From contig NW_025213983.1 of NCBI RefSeq assembly GCF_004010195.1, positions 1 to 33,384 of the forward strand: DNA of 33,384 bases, written 5' to 3'. The notes under the pieces are model-generated. The model worked only from the letters and a program-made list of their open reading frames with translations, was not told where the DNA came from and searched no databases. This stretch comes from Chiloscyllium plagiosum (taxonomy: Eukaryota). Position 1 is the first letter of the stretch. The number at the start of each line of letters is the position of its first letter. Both the position numbers and the translations under genes were made by a program. Shown piece by piece: positions 1 through 11,394 of the stretch.

Positions 1-59
1 AAAGGAAGTATGGCATCTATTGCATGGGAAAGTAACGGTTGTTGTCTTTTCCCTCCGAT

Positions 60-335
60 GGGGAATTTCAAGTCTAAGGGACACATTAAGGACAGAGGAA
101 GAAGATTTTAAAAAGACTAACAGGCAAACTTTTTACTCAATGGTTTGCATGTGGAATGATCTTCCTGCAGAAGTGGTGGATGTGGGTACAATTACAACAT
201 TTAGAAGATATTTGGATAAGTTCATGAATCGGAAAGGTTTGGAGGGATATGGGCCAGGAGCAGAAGGGTTTGGTTTGGGATTATGTTCGGCATGGCCTGG
301 TTGGGCCGGAGGGCCTGTTTGTGGTGTCTGACTGA
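60..335 (+). mobile_element. CR1-clade LINE 3' end (ORF2 C-terminus plus 3' UTR), decayed
   Basis: Translation WNDLPAEVVDVGTITTFRRYLDKFMNRKGLEGYGP matches the CR1 ORF2 C-terminus. It parallels WNALPADVVEAWSLGTFKRLLD near 5500. It is followed by the gggccggagggcctgtt 3' UTR motif. Confidence 0.8.
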
Positions 336-861
336 ATAACTGACCAAACAGATGAAGAACAGAAGTAGGCCATCAGATCCCCTGAGCTCTACCAGAAGCA
401 GCAAGATCAAGGCTTGTCTTCTGATGAAGGATGAACTGATATGTATTCTGGCCAAAGTCTTTAAAAGACAAATCAAATGTCAGTTGTTCTCCAGGTATTT
501 TATATTAATGTTAAAGTAAAATCAACATTTCACTTAAATTTTCCTGAAGGGTTTGATTTTTCTCCAGTTAAATGTTTTCAGTAATGACATGCCCAGCAAC
601 TGCATCCTCATGTCAAACCCAATAACCACCAAATAAAAAAAAAACACATTTCACTCAGGCAGCAGCTATAGAGTGTTTGATAAATGAAGCACTTCCAAAG
701 CTGATTAGCCCAAATTTGGAAAACAGGATATTACTCATTAGGATTTGTGCCAATTAACTAGTTATTCCATTTTAGCAGGATGTTAAAAAAATTAAAGAAA
801 TTTCTGATGAGCATTGAACACCACCCTCGTGGCAATGGATCAGTATCCTGAAGTTCTCATG

Positions 862-980
862 AACAAACAGATGAAGGAGCACTGCTCTGAAAGCCTGTGA
901 TTCCAAGTAAATTTGTTGGACTATAACCTGGTGGCATGTGACTTCTGATTTTGTCCAGCTCAGTCCAACAGCTTGGCATC
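862..980 (+). mobile_element. Penelope-like terminal repeat fragment with a degenerate minimal hammerhead
   Basis: cagatga-a-ggagc-act-gctct-gaaagcc-tgtg has the CUGAUGA / stem II / GAAA layout with core substitutions. The downstream tail ...ttggactataacctgg...cagtccaaca recurs in reverse at about 23945-23985. Confidence 0.55.
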
Positions 981-1239
981 AGAAGTAAATTCTGTAACTG
1001 AATGAGAATTGTGGAATTGGACCCATCATGAAAACTTCAAAACACATCATTCCTTCCTGCCCCCAACCCCCTTTCAGCATTAGGTAATCTCCTGCGGATG
1101 TGAAGATGCATGACCCTTCCCTACACCAAGCTGAAGAAGTTAAAAAGTGATTGCAATCTCTTGTCAGTTATAACTATTGTTAACAATGTGCTATATGACC
1201 AGTTTGGTATTAGGTAGGTAAGGAGGAAGAAAAGGTCAC

Positions 1240-1452
1240 TGCGAGGTGCTGCATTTTGGGAAAGCAAATCTTAGCAGGACTTATACACTTAATGGTAAGG
1301 TCCTAGGGAGTGTTGCTGAACAAAGAGACCTTGGAGTGCAGGTTCATAGCTCCTTGCAAGTGGAGTCGCAGGTAGATAGGATAGTGAAGAAGGCGTTTGG
1401 TATGCTTTCCTTTATTGGTCAGAGTATTGAGTACAGGAGTTGGGAGGTCATG
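1240..1452 (+). mobile_element. CR1 ORF2 internal fragment (post-RT region), well preserved
   Basis: Uninterrupted frame EVLHFGKANLSRTYTLNGKVLGSVAEQRDLGVQVHSSLQVESQVDRIVKKAFGMLSFIGQSIEYRSWEVM. Confidence 0.85.
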
Positions 1453-2019
1453 AGTGGATGGCTTGGTGTCTATGGATTTCAGTATGGCGTTTGATAAGGT
1501 TTCCCACGGTAGGCTATTGCACCAAATGCAGAGACATGGAATTGAGGGCGATTTAGCGGTTTTGATCAGAGATTGACGAGTTAAAAGACGACATAGGATG
1601 GAAGCTGATGGGAAATGAGCATACTGGAGTTCAGTTACTAGTGGTGAACCGCAAGGATCTGATTTGGGGCCACTGTTATTTATCATTTTTATAAATTTCC
1701 TAGATGAGGGCATAGGAGGATGGCTTAGTAAATTGGCAGATGACACTAAGGTTGTTGGAGTTGTGGATTGTGCCGAAAGATGTTACAGGTTACACAGTGA
1801 CATAGATAAATGGACAGCTGGGCTGAGAGGTTGCAAGTGGAGTTTAATGTGTAACAGTGTGATGTGATGGACTTCAGAAGGAGCAACAGGAATAAAGAGT
1901 ACTGACTAATGGGAAGATTCATGGTCATGAGGATGACCAGAGAGATCGCGGTGTCCATTTGCGTAGATCCCTGAAAGCTGTCACCCAGCTTGATAGGGTT
2001 GTTAAGAAAGAATACGGTG
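1453..2019 (+). mobile_element. CR1 LINE RT region, left half of the element split by the L1 insertion
   Basis: Motifs FDKVSHGRL, LGPLLFIIFINFLDEG and LADDTKV, with stops and frameshifts. It ends at ...DRVVKK (gatagggttgttaagaaag). Confidence 0.85.
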
Positions 2020-2690
2020 GGACGATTCAAGATGGCGGGAATTCAGTAGGTCTCTCCTGCTGAGCTCTGCACCAGAACCCAGACAAAGTGGGACACTAAC
2101 TCTCCCTTTATTACCCATTGTGGTCGACGTCATTAGATTTTGACTCCCAGGATTGCTGTGTGTGAGTTTAACATTGTTAGAAAGATGACTAAAGGGAAGG
2201 GACTGCGAGGATTGCAACAAGCATGGCACTCCCTGCAGCAAGAGACACATCTGCGGCTGCATCATCGACCTCACCGAGTAGTCGCGGGGACTCAGCTGTA
2301 GGGCACAGCCTGGACTTGGAGTTTCTGAAACTCTAAGAGAAGATGGATTCAGCGACGGAGGAGACCTGGGCCAGGCTTGAACTGATCTCAGTCATGCTGC
2401 AGAAGCATGGCCAGGAGATCTGGCGTCCCGGGAACCGCATCATGGAGTTGGAGCAACGGACTGCGTCCTCTTAAACGGTGATGGATTCCTTGGCGTGTCA
2501 GGTCCAGGCCTAAGAATAGCAGATACAGGCTTTGGAAGAGCAGGTCGATGAGCTCGAAAATCATGGCTGTCAGAAGAACATCAGCCTGGTCGGGCTGCCA
2601 GAACAAAAGAGAGAGGCCAGCTGGTCAGCTTCTTGGAGCAATGGCTCCCGCAGTTATTGAAGCTGGGAGTTGGGCCGGGTCACTCCGAGG
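2020..2690 (+). mobile_element. L1-clade LINE 5' UTR plus ORF1 N-terminal part (decayed)
   Basis: Starts g-gacgattcaagatggcgg. Probable ORF1 ATG at 2185 (MTKGKG). VDELENHGCQKNISLVGLPE matches the L1 ORF1 motif DLENRSRRNNIRIVGLPE. Confidence 0.8.
2028..2038 (+). promoter_or_regulatory. YY1-type site in the L1 internal promoter
   Basis: CAAGATGGCGG fits the YY1 consensus. It lies about 10 nt from the element's 5' end, as in mammalian L1 promoters. Confidence 0.6.
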
Positions 2691-2734
2691 GGAGGAACCT
2701 AACCTTTTGCTCTCATCCACATCAATGTCTCCAT

Positions 2735-5692
2735 AGCAGAGACATGGGTTTCTCAGGAGCAGGAATGGTTGCTGGATGTTCCAGGGTTTAGAGCATATAA
2801 CAAGAATAGGGAGGGGGAAAAAGAGGAGGGTGTGTAGCACGACTAATCAGAGAGGGTATCACAGCTACAGAAGCTTCCATTGTCGAGGAAGATTAGATTC
2901 GATTAGATTAGATTACATTACAGTGTGGAAACAGGCCCTTCTGCCCAACAAGTCCACACTGACCCGCCGAAGCGCAACCCACCCATACCCCTACATTTAC
3001 TCCTTACCTAACACCACGGGCAATTTCGCATGGCCAATTCACCTAGCCTGCACATACTTGGACTATGGGAGGAAGCCGGAGCACCCGAAGGAATCCCACG
3101 CAGATACGGGAAGAACGTGCAAGCTCCACACAGTCAGTCGCCTGAGGCCTACCGAGATCTGCCTACCGAGTCAGTATGGATAGAAATTAGGAACAGCAAG
3201 GGAACAGTCACCTCTTTAGGGGTTTACTACAGGCCCCCAATAGCAGCAGGGAGATGGAAGAAAGCATGACTTTAACTTTCCCAATATTGATTGGAACCGC
3301 CTTCGAGCAGAAGATTTGAATGGAGCTGTTTTTGTAAGGTGTGTTCAGGAGGGTTTCCTAACTCAGTACGTTGACAGGCCGACGAGGGGAGAGGCAATTC
3401 TAGACTTAGTGCTCGGAAACGAGCCTGGGCAGGTATCAGATCTTGTGGTGGGAGAGCATTTTCGTGATAGTGACCACAACTGCTTCACATTCTACATAGC
3501 TATGGAGAAGGAGAGCATTAGGCAAAATGGGAGGATATTTCATGGGGGAAGAGGAAACTATGATACGCTTAGACATGAGTTAGGAAGCATGGATTGGGAG
3601 CAACTGTTCCATGGTAAAGGAACTATAGACATGTGGAGACTGCTTAAGGAACAGTTGTTGCAAGTTACGAATAAATATGCCCCTCTGAGACAGGCAAGAA
3701 GTGGTAAGATAAAGGAACCTTGGATGACGAGAGCGGTGGAGCTTCTCGTCAAAAGGAAAAAGGTAGCTTACATAAGGTGGAGGAAGCTAGGGTCAAGCTC
3801 AGCTCTAGAGGATTGCAGGCAGGCGAGAAAGGAGCTTAAAAATGGTCTGAGGAGAGCCAGGAAGGGGCACGAGAAAGGCTTGACAAAACGGATTAGGGAG
3901 AACACAAAGGCATTTTACACTTATGTGAGGAATAAGAGAATGGTCATAGAAACAGTAGGGCCGATCAGGGATAGCATAGCGAATTTGTGTGTGGAGTCTG
4001 AGGAAGTAGGGAAGCCCTAAATTAGTTTTTTGCTTCTGTCTTTACGAAAGAAACTAACTTTGTAGTGAATGAAACCTTTGAAGAGCAGGTGTGCATGCTG
4101 AAATGGATAGAGATAGATGAAGCTGATGTGCTGAAAATTTTGTCAAACATTAAGATTGACAAGTCGCCAGTCCCGGACCATATTTGTCCTCGGCTGCTTT
4201 GGGAAACGAGAAATGTAACTGCTTTGCCACGTGCGAAGATCTTGTCATCCTCGCTGTCCACTGGAGTCGTACCTGAGGACTGGAGAGAGGCAAATGTAAT
4301 TCCTCTCTTCAAGAAAGGAAATAGGGAAATCCCCGGCAATTACAGACCAGTACGTCTCACGTCGGTCGTCTGCAAGGCGTTAGAAAGGATTCTGAGGGAT
4401 AGCATTTATGACTATCTGGAAGAGCATGGCTTGATTAAATGCAGTCAACACGGCTTTGTGAGGGGCAGGTCATGTTCTTTGAGGATGTAACTAGAAAAGT
4501 TGGTTAGGGTCGAGCTGTGGATGTGGTGTATAAGGACTTCAGCAAGGCATTTGATAAGGTTCCCCATGGTAGGCTCATTCAGAAGGTCAGGAGGAATGGG
4601 ATTCAGAGGAACATAATTGTCTGGATACAGAATTGGCTGGCCAACAGAAGACAGCGAGTGGTAGTAGAAGGAAAATTTTCTGCCTGGAAGTCTGGTGAGT
4701 GGTGTTCCACAGGGCTCTGTCCTTGGGCCTCTATTGTTTGTAATTCTTATTAATGACTTGAATGAGGGGATTGTAGAATGGGTCAGCAAGTTTGCAGATG
4801 ACACAAAGGTTGGAGGTGTCGTTGACAGTACACAGGGCTGTTGTAGGCTGCAGCGGGACATTGACAGGATGCAGAGATGGGCTGAGAGTTTGGCAGATGG
4901 AGGTCAACCTGGATAAATACGAGGTGATGCATTTTGGAAGGTCAAATTTGAAAGCTGAGTACAGGATTAAGAATAGAATTCTTGGCAGTGTAGAGGACCA
5001 GAGGGATCTTGGGGTGCAGGTACATAGATCCCTTTAAATGATCACCTAAGTGGACAGGGTTGTTAAGAGAATATATATTGTTTTGGCTTTCATTAACAGG
5101 GGTATTTAGTTTAAGAGTCGTGAGATCTTGTTGCAGCTCTATAAAACTTTGTTTAGACCGCATTTGGAATACTGCGTCCAGTTCTGGTCGCCCAATTATA
5201 AGAAAGATGTGGATGCTTCGGAGAGGGTTCAGAGGAGGTTGACCAGGATGCTGTCTGGACTGGAAGGCTTATCTTATGTGGAGAGGTTGACTGAGCTCGG
5301 ACTTTTTTCATTTGAGAAAAGGAGAAGTGGAGACCTAACTGAGGTTTACAAGATAATGAGAGGCATAGATAGAGTCGATAGCCAGAGACTCTTTCCCAGG
5401 GCAAAAATGACTAACACGAGGAGTCATAGTTTTAAGCTGGTTGGAGGAAAGTATAGAGGGGATGTCAGAGGCAGGTTCTTTGCACAAAGAGTTGTGAGAG
5501 CGTGGAATGCGTTGCCAGCAGACGTTGTGGAGGCATGGTCATTGGGGACATTTAAGAGACTGCTGGACATGCATATGGTCACAGAAATTTAAGGGTGCAT
5601 ACATGAGGATCAGTGGTCGGCACAACATCGTGGGCTGAAGGGCCTGTTCTGTGCTGTACTTCCTATGTTCTATGTCCTATGTTCTATGTTCT
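2735..5692 (+). mobile_element. CR1 (HER1-like) LINE, near-complete ORF2 (APE endonuclease plus RT) with 3' tail; pseudogenised
   Basis: Motifs AETW, GVYYRPP, PTRGEAILDLVL, SDH, NYRPVRLTSVVCKALE, SQHGF, DFSKAFDKVPH, GVPQGSVLGPLLF, FADDTK and RPHLEYCVQFWSP. Stop at 5590-5592 and a (ctatgtt)n tail at 5663-5692. Several frameshifts and small deletions. Confidence 0.95.
2894..3147 (-). mobile_element. HE1-type SINE, 5'-truncated, inserted in the CR1 endonuclease region
   Basis: (gatta)n tail, then gtggaaacaggccctt...catggccaattcacctagcctgcacat...ggaggaagccggagcacccg...ctccacacagtcagtcgcctgagg. The host frame reads ...SIVEED before and DLPTESVWIE after. The tRNA head is absent. Confidence 0.85.
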
Positions 5693-5719
5693 TTAATTGG
5701 AAAGATACAGCTCCCCCTC

Positions 5720-5930
5720 ACAGCGACCCTGCTTTTTCCCGGACTGATCGAAATAAAGGCTGCTTATTGGGTGACACACTGCCTTGTGACGAGATGTTGA
5801 AGCTTCTCATCGTGCACTCACCAAACCGAGGATGTAAGAAGCAGACTGGAAACGGAGGCACCATTTTATACAGAACGTGCTGATTTATTGGCCCTCTCTT
5901 CTCAGGGAGGGGCAGTAAGAACAGTTAACT
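5720..5930 (-). mobile_element. Probable Penelope-like terminal fragment with a heavily degenerate hammerhead-like motif
   Basis: Minus strand of 5796-5826 reads ttggtga-gt-gcacg-at-gaga-agct-tc, preceded by tataaaa. The segment is neither CR1 nor L1. Confidence 0.35.
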
Positions 5931-5999
5931 GTCAATCGCAATTCCAGGTCTCCAAGGTCTGTCATCTCCAGGAATGTGGGAAAATCTGTCATCTCCTAC

Positions 6000-8147
6000 A
6001 TTGGTGATTGAGCCGTTGGCAGAGGCCATCCGGAGGGACCACAACTCAATTACCTTCGAGGTAGGGTCAGGAAGGCATAAGAGCTCCCTTTATGGGATGC
6101 CCTTCTTGTCTTTTTAACTGATCTGATGGTACCTGTGCCCCATTTAATACAAGTGATTAATGTGCTTGATTTGCTTTCGGGTTATAAAATTAATTTATGA
6201 AGTCTGAGGCCATGCCTGTGGGGGGATTTAGGAAAATATCCGATATTGAGGATGGAACTGATATCGCATTCAGGTGGTCACAGGACGGTTTCTTCTATTT
6301 AGGCATTCTTATCATCCTGGCCTTCCAACAATCATATATAGCTAACTTTGTGCAATTGTTAGAGAAAATAAGACAGGACCTTCAGCGCCGGGAGGATCTT
6401 CCAATATACTGGTTGGGAAGAATAGCTCTGGTCAAAATGATTGTTCTTTCTCCCTTATTACATCCCATACAAATGCTCCGTTTGATGCAGGCTAGGTAAG
6501 CACGACAGAGGTTTTACAGTTGGCTTGGATCTTTCATCTAGCATCATAGGTGACCTCCTCAGCTGGACAAATTGCAGCTTCCACAGGAGTTGGGAGGTTG
6601 ATTTTCCAGATTTTAAGAAATATCTATTGAGTTCCCTACTATCCTATGCAGCTGATTGGGCTTGCCAGGACACACGGTCAAACTGGCTGGACATCAAGGC
6701 CCCTCAGTCAAAATGCCCATTCATCAGTGTTGTTCATGGACAAGATGAGGACTGTTACGGGCAATTGCAGAAATCTGACTGTCCTTAACATAGGTTAAAG
6801 CGTGGAGACTGATACGACGAGGTGTGTGCAATTTACTTACACTTTCACTCCCATAGTAAGAATGTCAGGATTCTAGTCGGGGTCGATGGTCTTGCTTTAA
6901 GCTCTGGAAGTCTAGAGGAGTCTCCTATTTGTGATATTTATTTAAGGAGAAGCTTATGATGTTTTTCAAACATCTCATCTAGATATATGCGCTATGTAGG
7001 AGGAACCTCTTTCGTTATTGTTTGATTAAGGACTTTATACAGAAAAAATGATTGCATTGATGGTTAAACTCTATAAGTCGGATATGTAGAGGAGAGTGCT
7101 TCGGTTCCCCCAGCGCTCTCTCAGTCAGCACGTTCTATCCCTGGTTAGGAGGCAATATCTCGAAGAACATTGAGCCTCTGTGCAGATTCTGGACTCCAGA
7201 ATTGGGGTTGGAGATCTTTTCAGAGGCATGGAAGGATATTTGGGAGAATGTAAGGAAGATTTTGATTTCTCATAGGACACAGGCTTTGCAATTGAAGTTA
7301 ATACATAGGGCTCATTTAACAGTAGAGCGGCTTGTGAAAGTTACGGCGAGGCCATGCACAATGTGCCCCAAATGTAAAACAGATGTTGGCATTCTTTACT
7401 CCTCTTTGTGGTCATGCTACATGCTTCCTAGGTATTGGGGTGCCGTAGCAACTCTTTTAGAAGGAGTCTTGTGAAATGAGGTCAAGGTCGATCCAATGCC
7501 CCTCCTCATGGGTTCACCAAATCTACATTATTTGAACTTGAATGGAAGAAACTGTTTAGTATTCTTTCTTTCTGTGCGAGAAAGAACATTTGAATGAGCT
7601 GGTGGTCGGAAAATCACCCAAGACTCTCGGGGTGGCATAGATTAGTTATGGAGCACATCCCCCCGACTTCTTTACAAATATTGTGCACCAGAAAATGGAA
7701 CTGATTTATAGAACGTGGCGCCCATTCTAAACTAAATAGGCACAGGCTTGTCGATTATGTTGGTGAGGGCTATTAAATGGTTATGAGGGCTGTGTCTGGC
7801 GGTTCAGGGACCTCTGGGGGGAAAACGTCCAAATAGATCCGGGTATACCAACTGATGCTCCCTGTCATGGGGAGCTTTGGTGGGATTTTGCTGAGTGCTG
7901 TAACAATTGAATGTAATTGAATTTATCTTGGTTCAACGGAGTTTAATTTACTTTTTCTTTTTAGTTATTCATTGAATTGTGGCCTTCATTTTTTTTTGGT
8001 CTTCTCTGTGGTTTCTGGAGAAGAGCAGAAGTTTGTTTACTTTTATTATCGTTATAGCATAAGATTGTTATACAGATTTGTAGTGATTTTGTAACTTTGT
8101 CAAAAATGTGAAATTTATTTTCAAATAAAAATGTTTACAAAAAAAAA
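6000..8147 (+). mobile_element. L1-clade LINE ORF2 3' half, 3' UTR and poly(A) (decayed)
   Basis: Motifs LVIEPLAEAIR, SGYKIN, KSEAMP and WLGRIALVKM, then the Cys-rich end QLKLIHRAHLT...CPKC...LWSC. T-rich 3' UTR, AATAAA at 8124-8129 and an A-run at 8139-8147. Confidence 0.88.
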
Positions 8148-8747
8148 GGCATATACTGAGTTGGTTTTTATTGTTGAAGGTATTGAATTTCCGTGCCACG
8201 AGGTCATGCTGCAGCTGTACAAACTCTGGTGTGGCTGCAGTTGGAGTATTGCGTACAGTTCAGGACACCGCATTATGGGAAGGATGTGAAAGGTTTGGAG
8301 AGGGTTCACAGGAGATTTACTCGGGTGTTGCCTCGTACAAAGGAAAGGTCTTACGAGGAAAGGCTCAGGGACTTGAGACTGTTTTCTGTCGAGAGAAGAA
8401 GGTTGACAGGCGACTTCACTGAGACAGATAAGATAGAAAGAGGATTAGATCGTGAGAACATTTTCTTGTAGTCAGTGATGGCTAGCACGAGGGGCAATAG
8501 CTTTAAATGGGGGGGTGGTTGAGATAGGACAGATGTCAGAGGTAGTTTTTTATTCAGAGAGTAGTAGGGGCATATAAGGCACTGCCTACAACAGTAATAA
8601 ACTTGCCAAATTTAAGGGCATGTAAATGGTCACTGGGTGAACATGAATGGAAATTGAATAGTGTAGGTTCGATGGGCTTCAGTTTGGTTCCACAGTTCAG
8701 TGTGACATCAAGGACCAAAGCGTTGGCATGTTCCATGTTCTACGTTC
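8143..8747 (+). mobile_element. CR1 LINE 3' part, right half of the element broken at 2019
   Basis: Resumes at KKAY...FI...EVMLQLY...LEYCVQF, exactly where the 1453-2019 piece stops. It ends in a ccatgttctacgttc tail. Confidence 0.85.
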
Positions 8748-8980
8748 AGGCTATTTAGCGCAGCAAATCCACAACAACCCTTCGAAGAATAACCAATCCA
8801 GACTCAATCCCATACCCTTTACTTTACGTTAAGCTCTGACTAATGCCAAAACCTACACATCAATGAACAGCATCGGCAATATAACATGGATAATTCACCT
8901 AATCTGCACATAATCGGGATGTGGGCAGAAACAAAAGCGCCTGGAGTAAATCCATGCAGAAACGGGGAGAATGTGCACAG
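8748..8980 (-). mobile_element. Older HE1-type SINE fragment
   Basis: ggcaatataacatggataattcacctaatctgcacat...ggggagaatgtgca aligns by eye with 3018-3122. Confidence 0.7.
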
Positions 8981-8986
8981 GGAGAT

Positions 8987-9959
8987 TGTTGGGTTTCCAG
9001 GCGGAATATGGCAGTTTTTAGCAAATTGAAACAGTTTGAATTTTGGTTAAAAGAAGAGAGGAAGAAGAAAGAGACAAAAAGAGAGAAGAAAAACAGAAGG
9101 AGACAGTTCCAATTTCACGGAGAAAAGGTAATTTGTGACGGGTTGGCAAGATTTGGATGAAGAAAGATGGAGGCGTTCTGTGGCCACGAACAGAAATAGA
9201 ACGTAGTGGTGAACGTTTGCATGCTTAGTATCAATGCAATATATATGTATGTTTTCCTCTAAAAATAGACTAAGAATAAGACGTTTAAAATGAAGCCACC
9301 TTGAGCTATATTGATGGCTCATTATGTTTAAATGCTAGGTGTAACAATTCTGTCATTTTGAAAATATTATTTTCTCTTGTTCTTTCTTCTTTGAAGTTAG
9401 GTCTTAAAGGCAGAGATGCCGAACTAACGCTTAGAAATGGTTTAAGTTATTAACTGAGGAAGCCTTCAAGTTTTACTAAACGGTGGTAACAATGGAAGGG
9501 CAGCGGCCAGCTCTCACAGAGCAGATCTACTTGTTTTGATTTTAGCTGCAGCATTCAGAACCTGATTGGGATCCCAGAAGGGTTGGGAGCTTCAATAAAT
9601 GATCCCTAGCTGCTATTCTCTCAGAGATCTCTGTTGATGTTGTTTCTTCCTGGACTGGAAAACTGCATGTAAGAATCTGAATTTGAATTTACCTTTGTAC
9701 CAAGTAATGTGTACCAAGAAGGTACGATATTTATTGTTTGTGCAAGTGTTGCAACATACAAGCTATGCCAAATTGTTCTTTTCTTTATTATATGTTAACT
9801 AAAGCATTTGAATAGATTATATTTTGCTTCATGTCAAGTGGTTTGAACAGTCGCAACGTATCTGAAACACACACTTCACATTTAGGGTCAAAATAAGGAA
9901 ACATTTGAGTCTAAGCGGCCTCAAAATGTTTTGCATGGGATCTGCTCTGGTGCACAACA
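8987..9959 (+). mobile_element. Possible solo LTR
   Basis: About 970 bp of non-coding sequence bounded by TGTTG...CAACA, with AATAAA near 9594. No target-site duplication is visible and the left boundary is uncertain. Confidence 0.35.
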
Positions 9960-10079
9960 CTTGTAGCTGAAGTGCTCCTGACTGACTGCTGTTATTGAAA
10001 AGTTCGTGGAGATGCTGGGGATGGTTTGCTGGAGGTTGTGCAGTGAGCTGCCTCAGACATTCAGGGAAAGCTGAGGATA

Positions 10080-11005
10080 TGGGGACCCAAAACTGGATGG
10101 TGCATGGGAACTCTAGTTACAACATCTGGGTCTGTAACATGAACAACAAATGGAGCAGAGGCTACAGAGAGGGAAATTTCTGAAACCACGGAGAGAGTGT
10201 GTGTGGGGAAAGGGATCTGCTATATCCACCCCGGTATTCCAGGAACAGCTTCCCAAACGACACTTAACCCAGGAGAAGACTGTGGGGGTCCCTGACTGAA
10301 CAAGGAGCTGGTCACAGAGCGGTGTCACCTCCTTTAACACGACCTGCAGCTTCACACCAGGGGGAGGATGGTGCTGCCAGTGGCTGTTAGGGTCACTTTT
10401 TTATTCAGCTTCTATGTTCCATAACTTTCCAGGCAGGAGGGGGTGACAGCTCCATCATCTCCCAGTATCTCGACATCAACGTCACCATTTGGAGACGGAG
10501 GATATATGTGCTGGATGAAGTGAATGCAACATTTTCTCCCTCAGCAGGGTGCTGCCGGGTGTATCCTTGTTTTCCCAGTATCCTTGGATTCCCATTGATG
10601 TGCATGGCTCGGCGGGTCCCTATGTCAATGGGGAGAGGTAGAGGAACTGAAGGAGCTCTCTCCCTATTAATGTTGCAGCGTGCCCATGCACAGCACATCA
10701 TGTTGGTGAATACCCCTCTCCTGACAGCAGCCACAGCCTCTTTATTCTGAAGCAGGCAGCTATCCCCATCGTCCTCGGATCTCCACGTAGAAAGAAATGA
10801 ATGCATATTGGATAAAAGCCATCCCCTTGATACACGTTTCAAATCATCGTCACCACAGACAACCAACCACACCTAAATATCCCAGGTGTACTGATAGCAA
10901 TGGGGCCACTTGGAGTGTCAGAGTACAAACCATTAGGGAGATGGAGCAAAATCTCCCATATCAACGGGTCTGAGTGAACCCCCACCCCCCACCACGCCAG
11001 TACAC
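10080..11005 (+). mobile_element. Decayed PIF/Harbinger transposase (HARBI1-like DDE nuclease) relic, copy 1
   Basis: Stitched + frames give NKELVTERCHLL*HDLQLHTRGRMVLPVAVRVTFLFSFY, FQAGGGDSSIISQ, ILGFP, HIMLVNT..DSSHSLFILKQ, LDKSHPL and GATWSVRVQTI. These are collinear with Harbinger motifs LPVAVKVTVALNFY..GSFQ..GD..ISQ, GFP, PGSSHD.FIL, GDKGYPL and ATR.VIEQTIG. Confidence 0.8.
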
Positions 11006-11024
11006 AGTATCACTAAGTCCTGTG

Positions 11025-11345
11025 AGCTCTCTCCATTTGAGTAAAATCCTGATTTCCATTCTTCCTGTAAAAGAATGAAAGGTTATATCATGTTACTTTC
11101 CACCTGCCAAACTATTATCCGTTGACTTTACCTGTAGACTCTTCACCCCCTCTTGTTAATTTACTCTCTTGGTTATCACTGAGACATTACCAAACGTAGT
11201 TACAGTGCATTTGTTCCATCCTCCTGATCATTGATATAGATTATAAACATTTGAGGACCCAGCGGTGCTTGCTATGTTCTACCACTGGTTATATTCTGTC
11301 AAGCTGATTCAGACTGATTGATCCGGAGTGCCTGCTTCCTGTTTG
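11025..11345 (-). mobile_element. Old CR1 RT fragment
   Basis: Antisense CR1 RT signatures ctctccattt...cacctgccaa...tcattgatatag...ttgaggacccagc...accactgg. Confidence 0.6.
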
Positions 11346-11394
11346 ATAAGCAGTCCTCCCCTATTCCTGTGCAACACAGTTGAATGGCTGAAAA

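Noticed and set aside
421..460. CTGATGAAGG as a further hammerhead
   Set aside because: No stem II or GAAA follows.
804..825. CTGATGAG as a further hammerhead
   Set aside because: Followed by cattgaac, with no paired stem II, GAAA or cleavage triplet.
3316..5592. An active reverse transcriptase gene
   Set aside because: ORF2 is split into several frames, with deletions near 3267 and 4473 and a SINE insertion.
10405..10872. 155-aa minus-strand ORF as a host exon, or the region as the domesticated HARBI1 gene
   Set aside because: The ORF is the antisense shadow of a + strand Harbinger relic that has stops, frameshifts and lost catalytic motifs.
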